Below, one piece after another: positions 1-13,200 of a DNA stretch of 64,000 nucleotides. The stretch is from NCBI GenBank assembly GCA_043228905.1, contig JBHGNT010000005.1, positions 21,452,001 through 21,516,000 on the forward strand, in the 5' to 3' direction. Within the stretch, counting starts at the first letter, position 1, and the number at the start of each line of letters is the position of its first letter. Source of the stretch: Azolla caroliniana. Lineage: Eukaryota; Plantae; Polypodiophyta. The notes under the pieces are model-generated. The model was not told the DNA's origin and did no database searches. It saw nothing but the letters and a program-made list of their open reading frames with translations. The translations under genes were made by a program, and so were the position numbers.

Positions 1-726
1 GCACCATGCTTTTGAGAACACGCACATTGTCGCTAACCGCTTTCGGAAACACACACATGGACACTAATCACAACCTCGCACAAACATTGTTGCCATTCAT
101 GCATTCCTCCATAGACTTCCTCCAACATCTTCACCGTCATTTTCGCGTTTCGCCATTTCTTTAGAACACTTTTGGCGCTATGGCTTGCATCGCCGCGTAT
201 CATTCTTCGACTCCGTCTCCAAAGGGGGGTCGCCTTAGTGGTCGCCAAAAGGTGTTGTACGTTTTAAGGGTTAGGGTTAACATTTATGATAAACGATTGA
301 TGATAAGTGATTGAGAAGCATTACGGGGTGGGGGGTGGTGCCTAGAATGGCTCCACCCCCCGCCCAAGGGGGTTCAACGTAAGGGGAAGAAAGAGAGAGA
401 GAGATGGAAAGAGAGAGATTGAGAGAGAAATGGTTATTCATGTTTCATTCATTCCCCATAAGGGGTTAAATAGTACAAGAGGGGGTAGATACATAGGGGT
501 GTAAGCCCCCTCGAGCATTCATATTGGACACTCACTCACACCTCCTCGTATCCATCCACATGCACACACGTGTGCATGTGTTCACATATGTATAGACTCA
601 CAATTACATTTATGCCCCCTACACATACACAACAACATCATGATAACATTCGACCCTCGCTCATCACACTTGCCTCTCCGTACATCTCGTACGGGGTAAC
701 AACAACATTCATTGGTGCCTTTCTTG

Positions 727-972
727 AACATTGAGAGTCACTACTCACGTTCACATGAAATGTAATGTTTTTGGTCCCATAGGTAATAAAATCTATTTAT
801 CTATCTATCTACATGCACACTAACTCTCTTTTGACACGTAATCAACGTTAACATTGAGAGTCACTACTCACGTTCACATGAAATGTAATGTTTTTGGTCC
901 CATAGGTAATAAAATCTATTTATCTATCTATCTACATGCACACTAACTCTCTTTTGACACGTAATCAACGTT
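727..972. repeat. Exact tandem duplication, 2 x 123 bp
   Basis: AACATTGAGAGTCACTACTC...ATCAACGTT occurs at 727-849 and again at 850-972. Confidence 0.95.
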
Positions 973-1932
973 AGAAGGCTCTCTCAAATACTCCAATAAT
1001 CATTATTTAGTGGTGATTGTTTATCATTTCTTATTGGTTGAAAATACTTTGATTGTGCAAGTATATTGACATTGAAGTCTTAAGTCCACATTGTGCCATA
1101 ACTAGAAGATCGCATGCTCAAAATTTGTAGTTTTTGAATTTATGCCTACTATGTGACATTTGTTGTGTTCTTGTATTTTATTTTTTCTTCGATTTAGCTC
1201 AACATCACGCGGAGTTTTAAATTTTCTCACATAAAGTATGAACAATGTATTTACGCATAACTACAAAATATTCATATTTCAATCATCACATTGTGAATTA
1301 TGAATAATGTATGTAACATGCAAATCTAGTTGTGAGATATTCAAAAATGAACTTTAGAGATCAAACTCAAAAATGAACGATTTCATATACATCATTAATA
1401 AGACTCTACACATAGACATAAGATTGTGCATTCAAACTTGGTTTTGTCTTATCTCCATAGGAATGTGTGTAACATGTAGATTTAGATGATTCTTCATGCT
1501 CTAAGTTTGAGATAATTTAGAATGAGTGTTAGCTCATCCAAAACACCCTTTACTAATATCACTTTCCACAACCAAAATATTGAAATAGGTATCATCTTAT
1601 ATAAGGTGACGAGTTCAAATTTGCACAACTAGAAACCATTGGTATGAATCTAGTTTTGACGACCAATGATTACATCATCTTTTTAGTGATGACCATTTCA
1701 ATTTCACAAACTAGAAAAATTTCACATGAATTCATTTCAGACAACCAAGGCTAGAAAATGATAGCATTATTGAAAGGTCACAATAAAAAGAAACAATTAA
1801 GATTAGAATGGATATTTTTAGGTTCCTTATTCAAAATGGATCTCTTAATATACATAAGCATTCTTTTTTGTTTTTGTTAACCATATCATTATTAATGATT
1901 GTGACTCACATACGAATTTACTCAACCTTTAG

Positions 1933-2211
1933 GATGTAATTGAGGAATCAAAGAAGTATACAAATTGGAATATCTATTACACCAACATAACCAGACAAGC
2001 AGGGACAATTAGTATGTTTGAGTATGAGCAAAGTATTGGTATGGAAGCTACCACAAATAATGGATTTGTTAACTTCCTAATGGCGCTCGAGTCAGATTTC
2101 TTTATTGGACCATTGGGATCAACATGGAGCCTTCTTCTTGATTGTATGCAGGCTACAAGTGGAAAACTTATGTTTGGGTTTTTGAGTGTAAATCTAGACA
2201 CATTTTGGTAA
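1933..2211 (+). CDS. Terminal coding exon of a plant GT23 alpha-(1,6)-fucosyltransferase-like gene (At5g28910-like); upstream exons lie outside the window
   Basis: Splice acceptor CCTTTAG ends at 1932. The in-frame translation DVIEESKKYTNWNIYYTNITRQAGTISMFEYEQSIG...FVNFLMALESDFFIGPLGSTW...GFLSVNLDTFW* matches the recalled family C-terminus (VNFLMA.EADFF.G.LGSTW...GYLSVNKDRFW). Confidence 0.8.
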   Translation, partial: DVIEESKKYTNWNIYYTNITRQAGTISMFEYEQSIGMEATTNNGFVNFLMALESDFFIGPLGSTWSLLLDCMQATSGKLMFGFLSVNLDTFW

Positions 2212-2499
2212 GATAATAAATGAAAGTGATGTGTCCACATGTTGATTTATTAATTTTTCCATGCATCATTTTATGGTACCATGTTATTGAAATTTTATAA
2301 ACTTTGATGCACATTGTAAACAAAATCCATTTCCACATGTATGCAAAATCATAGTTGATTTGCCTATAACAATTTACTAATTTAGCTTATATAGTTTCAA
2401 TTATGAGTTGCTTAAAGTATTGATTTTTAAATTCAAACAAAATGGGCAATTGTTTATGGAGCAAGATATTAAGAGATGAATCAATTGTGAGTAAGTAGG

Positions 2500-3608
2500 G
2501 GATTTTAGGTGGAAAGGGTTTAGGTGGGGTTGTCGGCCCCTCGTCCAACTAGAATGGGATCCAGGGGATTTTAGGTGGAAACATGATGGCAGACTTCGCC
2601 ATTTCTTTGAGTACAACACTAAACTGGGCTGGACTTTTCAACTACAGCTAGATGGCCCCTTACGCAAAGGTTGGCGTACATTGGGCATCCCTAATGAGGT
2701 GCTCATTACCTTTTGGAAGGGTCTCTGGCATCTCCACATGCCGGAAAAGATAAAGTTTTTTTGGTGACAAATCGGTCATAATGTGGTTCCCGTTGGCAAA
2801 TGGCTAGGTAAACGTGGTGGCCCATTAGACTGCCCACTTTGCCATTCACCTATTGAGACTCTGAGGCATTGTCTATGGGATTGCCCTCAAGCTCAAAAGG
2901 TATGGGATAGAGTGACTCGCCTCCTTGCAGCATGTGAAGTGGAAGGAACAACATCGTGGAGTGTTGCGGCATGGCTTGATCACTATTGATAGGTGGACGG
3001 ACATGCATGAGAGGCAAATTTGCCAAGATTCGATTTGAGAGAGGCTTGCAGTCCGCATCCCCTAGGTTCCCGGACATTTGGATGCTAATCGCAGGCTTCA
3101 CCCTGTGGTACGTATGGAAAGCGCGTTGCCTAAAGGTCTTTCAGGATCTGGTGCGGCCCTTGGAGGAAATGATCATGGACATATGGTTTGCGCTTATCAT
3201 CTGCCTACGAGGGCAATTGGATAAGGTTTGCAGCCATTCCAATGACGTGGTTACTGCCCGTTTGCGCTTTTGGCAGAAATGGCAAAACACGCCTATGGTG
3301 ACACAAGGAGGAAGTGGCCCGAGGTGGAACTACCAGCCCCCACGTTGGCTGTTTCCGACTCACTTACCACCCACCCTTCGTTGTCGGCCCTAGGAGTTGT
3401 CTCGTACTAGCCATCACTGAAGGGCACCGTTTTTAGCTATAGGTACTTACATTAAGTAGTCAGTCGGAAAGGCGATGTAACTAGTCTCATTTTCTTGAAC
3501 CTGATCAGAGGGAGATTCCCCGGTCTATGTATAAAGCTCCTTGTACAGTCTCTTTGTAATAATCCTTCCTAACTAATGGGAAAGTAGCTTCATTTTGGAA
3601 AAAAAAAA
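2500..3608 (+). mobile_element. 5'-truncated L1-type LINE (ORF2 3' end with zf-RVT), degraded
   Basis: zf-RVT-like WKGLWHLHMPEKIKFFW*...CPLCHSPIETLRHCLWDCPQAQKVW; poly(A) at 3599-3608; TSD GTGAGTAAGTAGG at 2487-2499 and 3612-3624. Confidence 0.85.
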
Positions 3609-4958
3609 TTAGTGAGTAAGTAGGATGGATTGATTAAATTTATGATACCATTTAGCAATAATTGAATTTGGTGTTTGTGTGAATCTATTTTCTCCACTAT
3701 AAAGGAAGCAATCTCTAAGTTTATAATGATAAATGTATAGGGACAACCATGGATTGATGAATGGATCATGTTAGCCCAACATATGAGCATCTTGAAAAAA
3801 GCCAAGAATCCTATCCCTTTTAGAGTTGTATCTCATTGATGACCCATAGGGGCCCTTTCTGGCTTCCACTAGAGTTACACAAGAAGATATAAAAAACAAT
3901 CACTCAAAAACAAAGAAGTAACGTAGAGTAGAATCTCTCTCACAATAGTCATCACCTCTTCAATATGAACTCTATATATACTTGTCTCATCAATGAGCAT
4001 GGCCTAACACTTGTAAAGTTTGATTTTATCATAAATGGTTCAATGTATCCTAATTGTATGATCAAAGACCAGGGATCAAATCTATGAATACCCTATTGTC
4101 ACTGTTACAAGTCACTTCATAACCACATGGTCTACCACATCACTTGCACTCCTGTCACCTTTTCCCATACTCCCTTTTCAAAGAACCTTTACCCACAATA
4201 ATGGAAAACATTTCCCTAAACACCCGCATCCACACCAACAAAAATATACACATCAACATCCACTTACACCTACACATTACCTTATACTTACTTTTACACA
4301 TTAAAATACATCTATTCAACATATTTACTAAACACACATGCATATTTGCATGTATATACTTATACATATTAACATACATTCATAAACATGCACATCATGC
4401 ATATACTTCTTGTTAACCGATGGGACAAGTGGGACACTGTGTGAACAAGCAAAGGGAGCTGAGCAAAGGGAGCCAAGTATTAAGAACAGTTGTAAAGCGC
4501 TGAGCATAGAGGGCCATATATATATACCAAGTATTGTAGAACAGAAAAAGTGGGACAAGGCCAAGAATAGAGGGATAGAGAGTGAGTACTTGTATATGGC
4601 TACAAATACGAAGGTTACATTACCAAAAATGTTTGCGTCCATGCTCACACACATGTTAAACACAAAAGCTTGTTAGCTTACATATGCATACTCATACAAA
4701 TCTAAAATGGACATCATGAGATACAAACATGAGGAATCAAATTAGCCAATAGGCATTCCTAGAGAGTTAAACACAAAATTCAACAAATATTAATGAAGAA
4801 GAATATAACATTTGTCAACTTAGTTATGAAACCTATGTTCCATGGTTGAAGTCCCCTATGATCCCATTGACATTGCACATGCACATATGTAATTTCGAGA
4901 CATCCTATATCAAAATGAGCTTATCAAATGAAATTTTCTCTTGATCACAATCCATTAA

Positions 4959-7765
4959 TGTTAAGAGTATATTACTACTCAATAGACCAAAATAAAGTAA
5001 AAAGAAGGAAAATAGATTGGATTGAATTTAGGATGACTAATACCTTGGAAGAGATAACACGATCGTCGAGACGAAAGCGTAGCCCACACCACCGGTGCCT
5101 AAGATAGCAACCTTCTGACGTAATGTGTTTATGAGGGTAGTTAAGCCTCATATTTATACCTCTTCCTAGTCCCCTTGAATAGATGTGCCTTTCTAAAAGG
5201 CTTTCCATTCATTGGTTGTCCAAATCATGATAGTGCATGCACCTATCATTCATTCTATCCAATCACATTAGTCCCCTTTTTAACATTAGTGAACATACCC
5301 TTCACTTATGTAAATATTTGTGACCTACCCTCACCTATATTATGTGTACATAACATACTCCCCTACTTCAAAGATTGCACTCTTGCAATATAAAGTGAGG
5401 AAATTGTGCCTTCAGAGAATGTTGGCGTTCCCATGTGGTATCATCAATAGGTTTATCCAACTATTTGATCTTGAATAGTCGAATTTCTTTAGAACGTAAA
5501 AGTTTAGTACGAGAATCAAGAATTCGTTCAGGAACATGAGGTTTGTAAGAAAAATCCTCTAATGTTACAAGGTCTTGGATTGTGAAGGTGCCAGCACTAG
5601 AACCTAAAAATGGTTTTAAACGACTCACCTGAAAAATAAGATGAATACCAACGTTTAGGGGTAAGGCAAGGTGATAAGCAAATGACCCAACTCACTTAAG
5701 GATTTCAAATGGGCCACAATATCATGGGGCTAACTTAGCACACTTGGCAATATGCAACATTTGGTTCATGTCTTGCAAAAAATTGTGTGTATTGTCTAAT
5801 GTATCACGATGAATCGTAACATCAACTGGGGCATGTGGTTGAAAACCATACATCAACATAAAGGACTATGTCTAGTGGATGTCTGTTTTGAGCTATTATA
5901 GGCAAATTCTAAGATAGGAAGGTATTGATCCCACTTAGAAGGGGTTTTTGCTACATATGCTTGAAGCATGTTCTCAATAATTTGATTAACTCATTCAGTT
6001 TGTCCATTAGACTGAGGATGATCTACAGAACTCATGCTCAACATAGTTTCTAGCTACTTGAAGACCTAAGTCCAAAAGTCACTAGTAAACTTGGAATCTT
6101 GATCACTAACAATATCCATAGGTAATCCATAAAAATGAAATAACTCATCAACATATTGATAAGCCAATTTTGGAGCGGTTATCGTGGTTTTAGTAGGAAT
6201 AAATCTAGCCAATTTTGTTAGTTAGTCAACGATAACCCAAATGGCATCATCAACATAAGCCACAAATTGATACAGATGGTGGTGGTGTTGTGCGCAAAGT
6301 TGTAGTACTTAAATCTATGAGTAAAACATCAATAGGGGAACTCATGTGTTTTTAATCGAGTTCTAAGGCTCAATTACATGAGTTAAACCTAGAGGACACT
6401 TTGGCAGAAATATTTAAAATGCGGAATGATGCCCACTCAATACGAAAAAAATAGTCTACACAAAATCATTATCCAATAGGGAAACACACGTAAATAGTGT
6501 AGATGAACATAAAAATAAGAGTAAGAAAGAGAGTTAATTGTGGGTGGGAAATGACGATTACAAGAAAATCATAAGAAAGTGAAAAGATAATTTGTGTAAT
6601 TAGAAAATACTTAGGATAATAATCAAATAGGTTTATGAAATGTTAAGCATGTCCTAAGGTAAGAAACCCTAGAGTAGTTGACATGCACTTCGCCAACACC
6701 AAAACATCCCGTAGAATCGGCCAAGTGATGGCTCGATAGAGAGTAGAGTGCCAGCATAGGTAGTCAACATACACCTCGTCAAGACCACAACATACCATAG
6801 AATAGCCAAAAGATGGCTGAATAGAGGGAAGAGTGGCACACACAACATCATAAGCAAAAGGGCCATGAAGTGAGTGCCATGTGCAATTAGGGCAAACACG
6901 CTCGACCCGATGCATAAAATTAATTATTATCGTAAGAGATGGCTCAAGAGAGGGGAGAGTGGGAGATACATCGCAATATGCAAATGGGCCATGAGTTCAG
7001 CGTGTGCGATTAGTGCAAACACGCTTGACCCGATGCACAATTATAAGATTTTAAATCGTATCATGGTAGAAAGAAAAGAAAAGAAAACATAATACAAATT
7101 TGATTCGACCAAGAAGAATGCATCATAGAAAAGAAGAGAGATCAAGAAAAGAATACCAAGTTAAGAATGTTGTTTTGAGCTTGAGAAGAGCATGACGAAC
7201 CTTGTTAGATCCCCATCGCTCACACCCAAAAAACATGAAAAGTTACATGAAAACAACAAAAACAAATTGTTAGTAAATGCTCTGATACCATTGTTAAGAG
7301 TCTATTACTAATCAATAGACCAAAATAAAGTAAAAAGAAAGAAAATAGATTAGATAGAAGAACTCGTTCAACCCGACCACCCTCGAGCTACGATCTAGAC
7401 ATGGCCAACCTACCACCGACGTCCCATACCGTCGGATATTAGGATGACTAATACCTTGGAAGAGATAACATGATCGTCGAGACAAATCCTAGCCCGCACC
7501 ACCACTGTCTAAGACAATAGCCTTCCGACGTAATGTGCTTATGAGGGTAGCTAAGCCTCATATTTGTACCTCTTCCTAGGCCCTTTGAATAGATGTGCCT
7601 TTCTAAAAGGCTCTCCATTCACTGGTTGTCCAAATCATGATAGTGCATGCACCTATCATTCCTTCTATCTAATCACATTAGTCCCCTTTTTAACATTAGT
7701 GAACATATCCTTCACTTGTGTAAATATTAGTGACCTACCATCACCTACATTATGTCTACATAACA
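4959..7765 (-). mobile_element. Internally deleted Ty3/gypsy (chromovirus-like) LTR retrotransposon
   Basis: LTRs 4959-5355 and 7292-7765 (TG...CA); TSD ATTAA on both sides; tRNA-Met PBS (GCTCTGATACCA on +) at 7279-7290; PPT at 5356-5369; degraded integrase/chromodomain at about 5400-6250. Confidence 0.92.
6810..7040. repeat. Two diverged direct repeats (~125-bp period) in the 5' leader of the gypsy element
   Basis: GATGGCT...GGGCCATGA...GCAAACACGCTYGACCCGATGCA occurs twice. Confidence 0.75.
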
Positions 7766-7810
7766 ATTAATGCTTATTTGCTAATCAAACACACATTATA
7801 GAATATCTTT

Positions 7811-9559
7811 AAACACATTCGCGCTCAGAAGTGGAAGGATGGTGCATTCCATCATTAGATTCCTTTTATAATCTTACGATTTTAGGCAATTTTCAGAAAG
7901 TTGATACACTAGTATCGCATGTCGTAAATAACATGTAAAATTTCCTAATTTTTGAGATTTAACGAGTGTCACAATGATAATTTCGAAAATTCAATAGTTT
8001 TCTGATAAATGTTTAAACATTGATGGTCTACTAATATGAAATGTAGTTAACTTAAGGAAAATCACAATGGTTAACTCAAAGCACAAGTTAAGATTAATGA
8101 TTTCACCATCTTGAGGAGATGTGGGTTCTGAAAGTGTTATAAACATCTATAAATTTAGTGCTCATCAACAACCATAAATTCAGAACTCCAAAAATATAGA
8201 CAATATTCATGAACTGTCAAACCTACACGTGAACATTAATATATCATTAGAACATATCACATAGTTATCAGGATATCCACATTACTCTCCTCTTCTTCCT
8301 TTTGAGAACTCTCCTCCAAAATTTGTGGAATAGTATCTACTCCACATAGGCTAGCAATGGTAGGGTCCTCTACTAGCTCGTCGTCAAAATCAATAACCTC
8401 CTCAAGTTCACCAGGTAATGGGGCAATTAATGAAAACATTAAGGCTTTAATCCTCATGTGAATGAAACTCACTTGCTCATCCAACTTTTGTCAGTGTAAA
8501 GTCATACATAATGATTACCATCCAATTATTTTAAAAACAGAGATTTCAATACAATTTGATACAATGTAACGAATTCAAATTGCAGTACAATTCAATACTC
8601 AGGTTCAAAATGTTTTCATCACAATTCGATTCTTAGTATCGAATTCCGGTTCAAAGTTTTTATTTTATTTTATTTTATTTCTTTTGAAAAAAAAATTTAA
8701 AACCTGAATCCAGATTTCAAATTGTGATGTTTTCATCACGATTCGATACTTAGTATCAAATCCAGGTTTAACTTATTTATTTATTTATTTCAAAACAAAA
8801 TAAAATAAAAACTTTGAACTTGAATTCGATACTAAGAATCAAATTGTGATGAAAACACTTTGAACCTGAGTATCGAATTGTGTTGCAATTTGAATTCGTG
8901 ACATTGTATCAAATTGTACGAAAATCTCTGTTGTTAAATAACTGTGTCGATGGTAATCATTGTGTATGACTTTACATTGACAAAAGTTGGATGTTTAAGG
9001 ATGTCAACGATAGAAATAATAAAAGAGAAATTACCATGTCTAAAAGGTGTCTCGGATTGAAGGCGAACAAGATTTAGTGCGCATAATTTCGAGACACCGT
9101 CTGAGTTTAGATGAAGACAATGCTTTGATTGTTACATTTGAAAATGAGAAGGAATAGTCACAATTGTATATAAGCTATAATAGTGACTCTCATGAAAGGA
9201 GTGATCATAGTGACGCAAATAACTCTTGAATGTATATTTTGTGCAACAATATGTAATAGATTTAGACAACATTTTATTCAATGATATACAAAAGCTAATT
9301 GTTTTGAAATCTTTCACTTTCGATTTCCTTAAGATCTAAATAATTATTAGTTTTCATTTTTCCTTAAAAATACGCAAAGTTACTTTTCGTATTTGGCCAA
9401 CATTTTCCAATTTTACCAAATGGTGAAATTTTCAGTTTTTTCATCAAGTTTTTGAGAATATGTGATACTAGTATCAAGATGTTTTATGAAATGGCCAAAA
9501 AAGCCCCAAAATCAAACAGAATATTCCTTATCCTTCCATTTGTGAACGCGAACATGTTT
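7811..9559. mobile_element. Old non-autonomous TIR DNA transposon-like element
   Basis: Left end AAACACATTCGCGCTCAGAAGTGGAAGGA is the imperfect reverse complement of right end TCCTTCCATTTGTGAACGCGAACATGTTT; inverted similarity continues (ACTAGTATCGCA / TGTGATACTAGT). No TSD resolved. Confidence 0.55.
8478..8993. mobile_element. Foldback/MITE-like element: ~516-bp near-palindrome
   Basis: CATCCAACTTTTGTCAGTGTAAAGTCATAC... is matched by ...GTATGACTTTACATTGACAAAAGTTGGATG; the arms pair over more than 200 bp. Confidence 0.85.
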
Positions 9560-9860
9560 TTACTGTTTTTGTTAACTATGATATTATCTAGCTAATTATC
9601 ACATTGATAAGCATACTCATCAATGCCTTTACTAATATGCATCATATATTCTCGTGAGAATATATGGTGTGAATCATCATGATATTCATGTTAACTCTAA
9701 AGGTTAACCCTAAAGACTAGTACTCAATTCCTTACCATTGTAAGCTTTTTAAGCCTCATAGATGAGGAATTGACGCCAAAAACTGCATCCAATATTATTC
9801 TATTCAAGGGATTAATATTTTTAATTATTATGTATGCGTTGTCGCGAAGTTTGTGCCCAC

Positions 9861-10246
9861 AGGAGAAATGTAAGTGAGACCACCATAAATTGAACCAGGG
9901 AAGATGTCGGTTGTCGAATATGAATTTCTCTTCAATGTGAATTTTATGTGGGCGTCAACTCTTTGGGGTAATTTAGAGTGTGCATATAGTAATGTGTAAA
10001 AGAATGTGCAAGTATGATTTAGTTAAGAAATATATATGTATATGGTTATGTTGAGGAGAAATGTAAGTGAGACCACCATAAATTGAACCAGGGAAGATGT
10101 CGGTTGTCGAATATGAATTTCTCTTCAATGTGAATTTTATGTGGGCGTCAACTCTTTGGGGTAATTTAGAGTGTGCATATAGTAATGTGTAAAAGAATGT
10201 GCAAGTATGATTTAGTTAAGAAATATATATGTATATGGTTATGTTG
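9861..10246. repeat. Exact tandem duplication, 2 x 193 bp
   Basis: AGGAGAAATGTAAGTGAGACC...GGTTATGTTG starts at 9861 and 10054; AGGAG microhomology recurs at 10247-10251. Confidence 0.95.
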
Positions 10247-13200
10247 AGGAGTATGTATATGATCCGGAATATGTATTTGTATTAATGTAATTGTGTGAGG
10301 ATGTGTATGAGAGTAAATGTTGTTGTGGAGTTCGTCATTGGTGCATCGTACCATTGGGGCTATGAGCAAGGAGAGTTAATAAAGAAAAGCGAGAGAAACG
10401 AGCAATAAGAAGATATGTAGATAGTGCAAGCTTCAAGTAGCAAACAATATATGATAAAAATATGCTCTATTAAATTGAGAATGCATAACTTTAGTTACCA
10501 AATTTACAATATTCCACCATAAGGATAACATTTTATCTCTATTGAACTTCAACTCAAAGCCTTGACTTTGTTTTTGAGAAATGAGAAACCTTCCCAATAA
10601 GCTCGCTTGATCTCTTGATTATTATTCATAAATGAATTTTTCTTAATGCCTACCTACTTCAATTTCTTCTCCTTAAATAGGTGTTTCAATAAGAATGCAT
10701 GTCATGTGTCAATGCATGTGTGTGAGAGTGCATGTGATGTGCAATTGCCACTTCATGCATATTTGATGAATGACAACCATGTCGCTCAAGACATAATTAC
10801 ATGTTGCATGACAACCATGTCTTAAGGCAAATGTATAGAGTGTATTTCTTTGTGCATGTTTGAGCATATAAGAAGACGTGATAGAATGGATGATGAAAAC
10901 ATGGGATTCATTTCAACAAAAACAAGATGAGGGTTTCACAACAACTTAAAAAAGGAAACACAAAGCACCTTCAAAAACCTATATTCATGATTATGATATC
11001 CAACAATTATAAGCAATGAAAGCATGGAAGTTGTTTCACATAAAAATCAAAGAAAAGTTAAAAGGTATGGATCTTGAGACACATAATTTAACCTCTTTGA
11101 TGACATTCCTTTAAGAAACTAGTTTTAACATATGTAACATCTCTTGTTACTATGCTGAAGACGGCAACTTACTTGGACATTCTTCATGAGAACTATTATG
11201 AGGTCCATGTGTGGGACCATACAGTTGTCTACCCTTTTGTTTGCAAGACTATAGCCGAAAATGGGTGTTTAACTACTCTCAAGCTAGTATTGACGACATA
11301 ATCAGAATCACATGATTAATGTTAACTATAAACAAAAGAGATTTTATTACACTTAAAGACACTTATGAAAAGAATGGAGAGTCGGGAGAATCATCAACGC
11401 CTTTTAGCTTCCATTAAGCCATGTAAACATATTACAACAATTTAAGTTAATACGAAGGGCTTAATGAGAAATTATTAAGGAGGGAGGGAAAGGTCTAAGC
11501 TCTAGCTTTAGGGGAGAATAAACCTTCAAGCATCACCAAGTTGCCTACTTACATCATGGATCTTGAATTGATAGTGTTGATACTCGACCAAAAGAAGCAT
11601 GGGAAAAAGGCAAAGGTGTTTGTCATGGATTCAAAATCATGAAGGTAAGATTATGGAAGCTCAAGTGCATGCATTCACATGCCCAATATTTGGCATTTTG
11701 TAGGGCCGCAATTTAGACCAAACATGTTCCATCTTATGGAAGGCCCTTGGAGGAGAATAAAGAGGAAGAAGAAACATAAGGAGACTCCAATGTAGGGATC
11801 CAAAATGTGGAGGCAATTGGTGATGAAATCTTTCATAATCAACAACATATTGTCCAAGATGTGTATATAGTTGTGGTGACAAGCCTACAACGATGTGTAT
11901 TTCTTGCCTACCCAGCATAAAGTCATTGCACATCCAACTTAAGAATGAGCCTTACATTACAAGGCTAGTACTTAAAGAGGAAGAGTATTCATTCAAGGTA
12001 CTTCAAGATTTTGAATACTAGGTGAGATTCTAAGCTACTTTTACATATTTGCATTGTTGTCCTATTGGAAAATACATGTCCCTAGTTTGATGGCTAAAAA
12101 GCATGAATGAGCTTAAGATTGAGGCATCAATAATAATATTTGAGCCTAAGGACACTAATCTAACATTTGAAAAATGATAGCAAGCTTACTTGAGTTCAAT
12201 TTGCCAAGGACAATAGAGACTTAAAGAGTATTGATATAGAAGTTACATGGGCCACACCAACAGTAGATCATGGAGAGGATTTGTCTTGGAGGAGCGAAAT
12301 GTGGCACCTGATCACTACCACACCAACCATGTTTAGGCACCATGTCCCCTCCCCACGACATCTCCACCATGCTAGCCAACTTCAAAGACCATGTCCCCTC
12401 AATGATATTCATCTCATACATAATTATAGTTAATGCACTTGATTCTTGTAAAACCATGTTAAGGGTCAAGAAGGATTAACTCACCTCTTGCTTTTAGATC
12501 ATTATGATGGATATGTAGGAAACCTACAAAGTTTAGTTTTCAATATAGATAGCTTAAACTTTATATGTCTCATAAGCCAATTTCAACCTCTAGTAGGCAT
12601 TAAATTGGATTATGCCTTCATGCTATCCTTAGGCTATTGTGGCCAATTTCCTAATTCACCAAATTGCTTTTGTTCCTTTCAATATTTCAATAAGAACCCA
12701 TGCTCTTTAATCCTTTTGTTTGTCCAGGTCTACCTACCAATTTGGAAGGCGTTTCCAATTGCAATTTGTCTGACCTATGACTAGCCATTCTTGAGGTTGG
12801 TCTTGTTTTGATTCTACTTGTATGACTAGTGCTTTGCATTACAAGTTGTCACAAAATGGGAAGTATATTGGTCTAGTGCTCGACAATATCATGCATTTGC
12901 TCTTTTAATGATCTTGAATAAAACATCCTTTAGTGCACCAAAGGGCATTACTCACGCATGAACTTGGGTCTCACTTGTCAGCATTTTTATCCAATACAAA
13001 AATACCCCTAAACAGTGCATTCAAAGCTTTGTAGTGTATCATTGTAATTTTGGAGTGAGACAATTTCTTCAACCCACATACGAAAGGAGTGTCACCATCA
13101 TTAATCTATTGTCTAGTAACTTGACTTTTGTCGTCTACACTAGTTTGAGCTACATGCCACATTACTAACCTGTTCTTTCCCTTTGCATTTGACTTTTGAA

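Noticed and set aside
253-707. Possible solo LTR (TGTTG...CAACA)
   Set aside because: LTR-like composition, but no TSD or partner copy could be confirmed.
4144-4676. His/Ile-rich ORFs and a possible small LTR
   Set aside because: Low-complexity CA/TA-rich sequence; no TSD or domain support.
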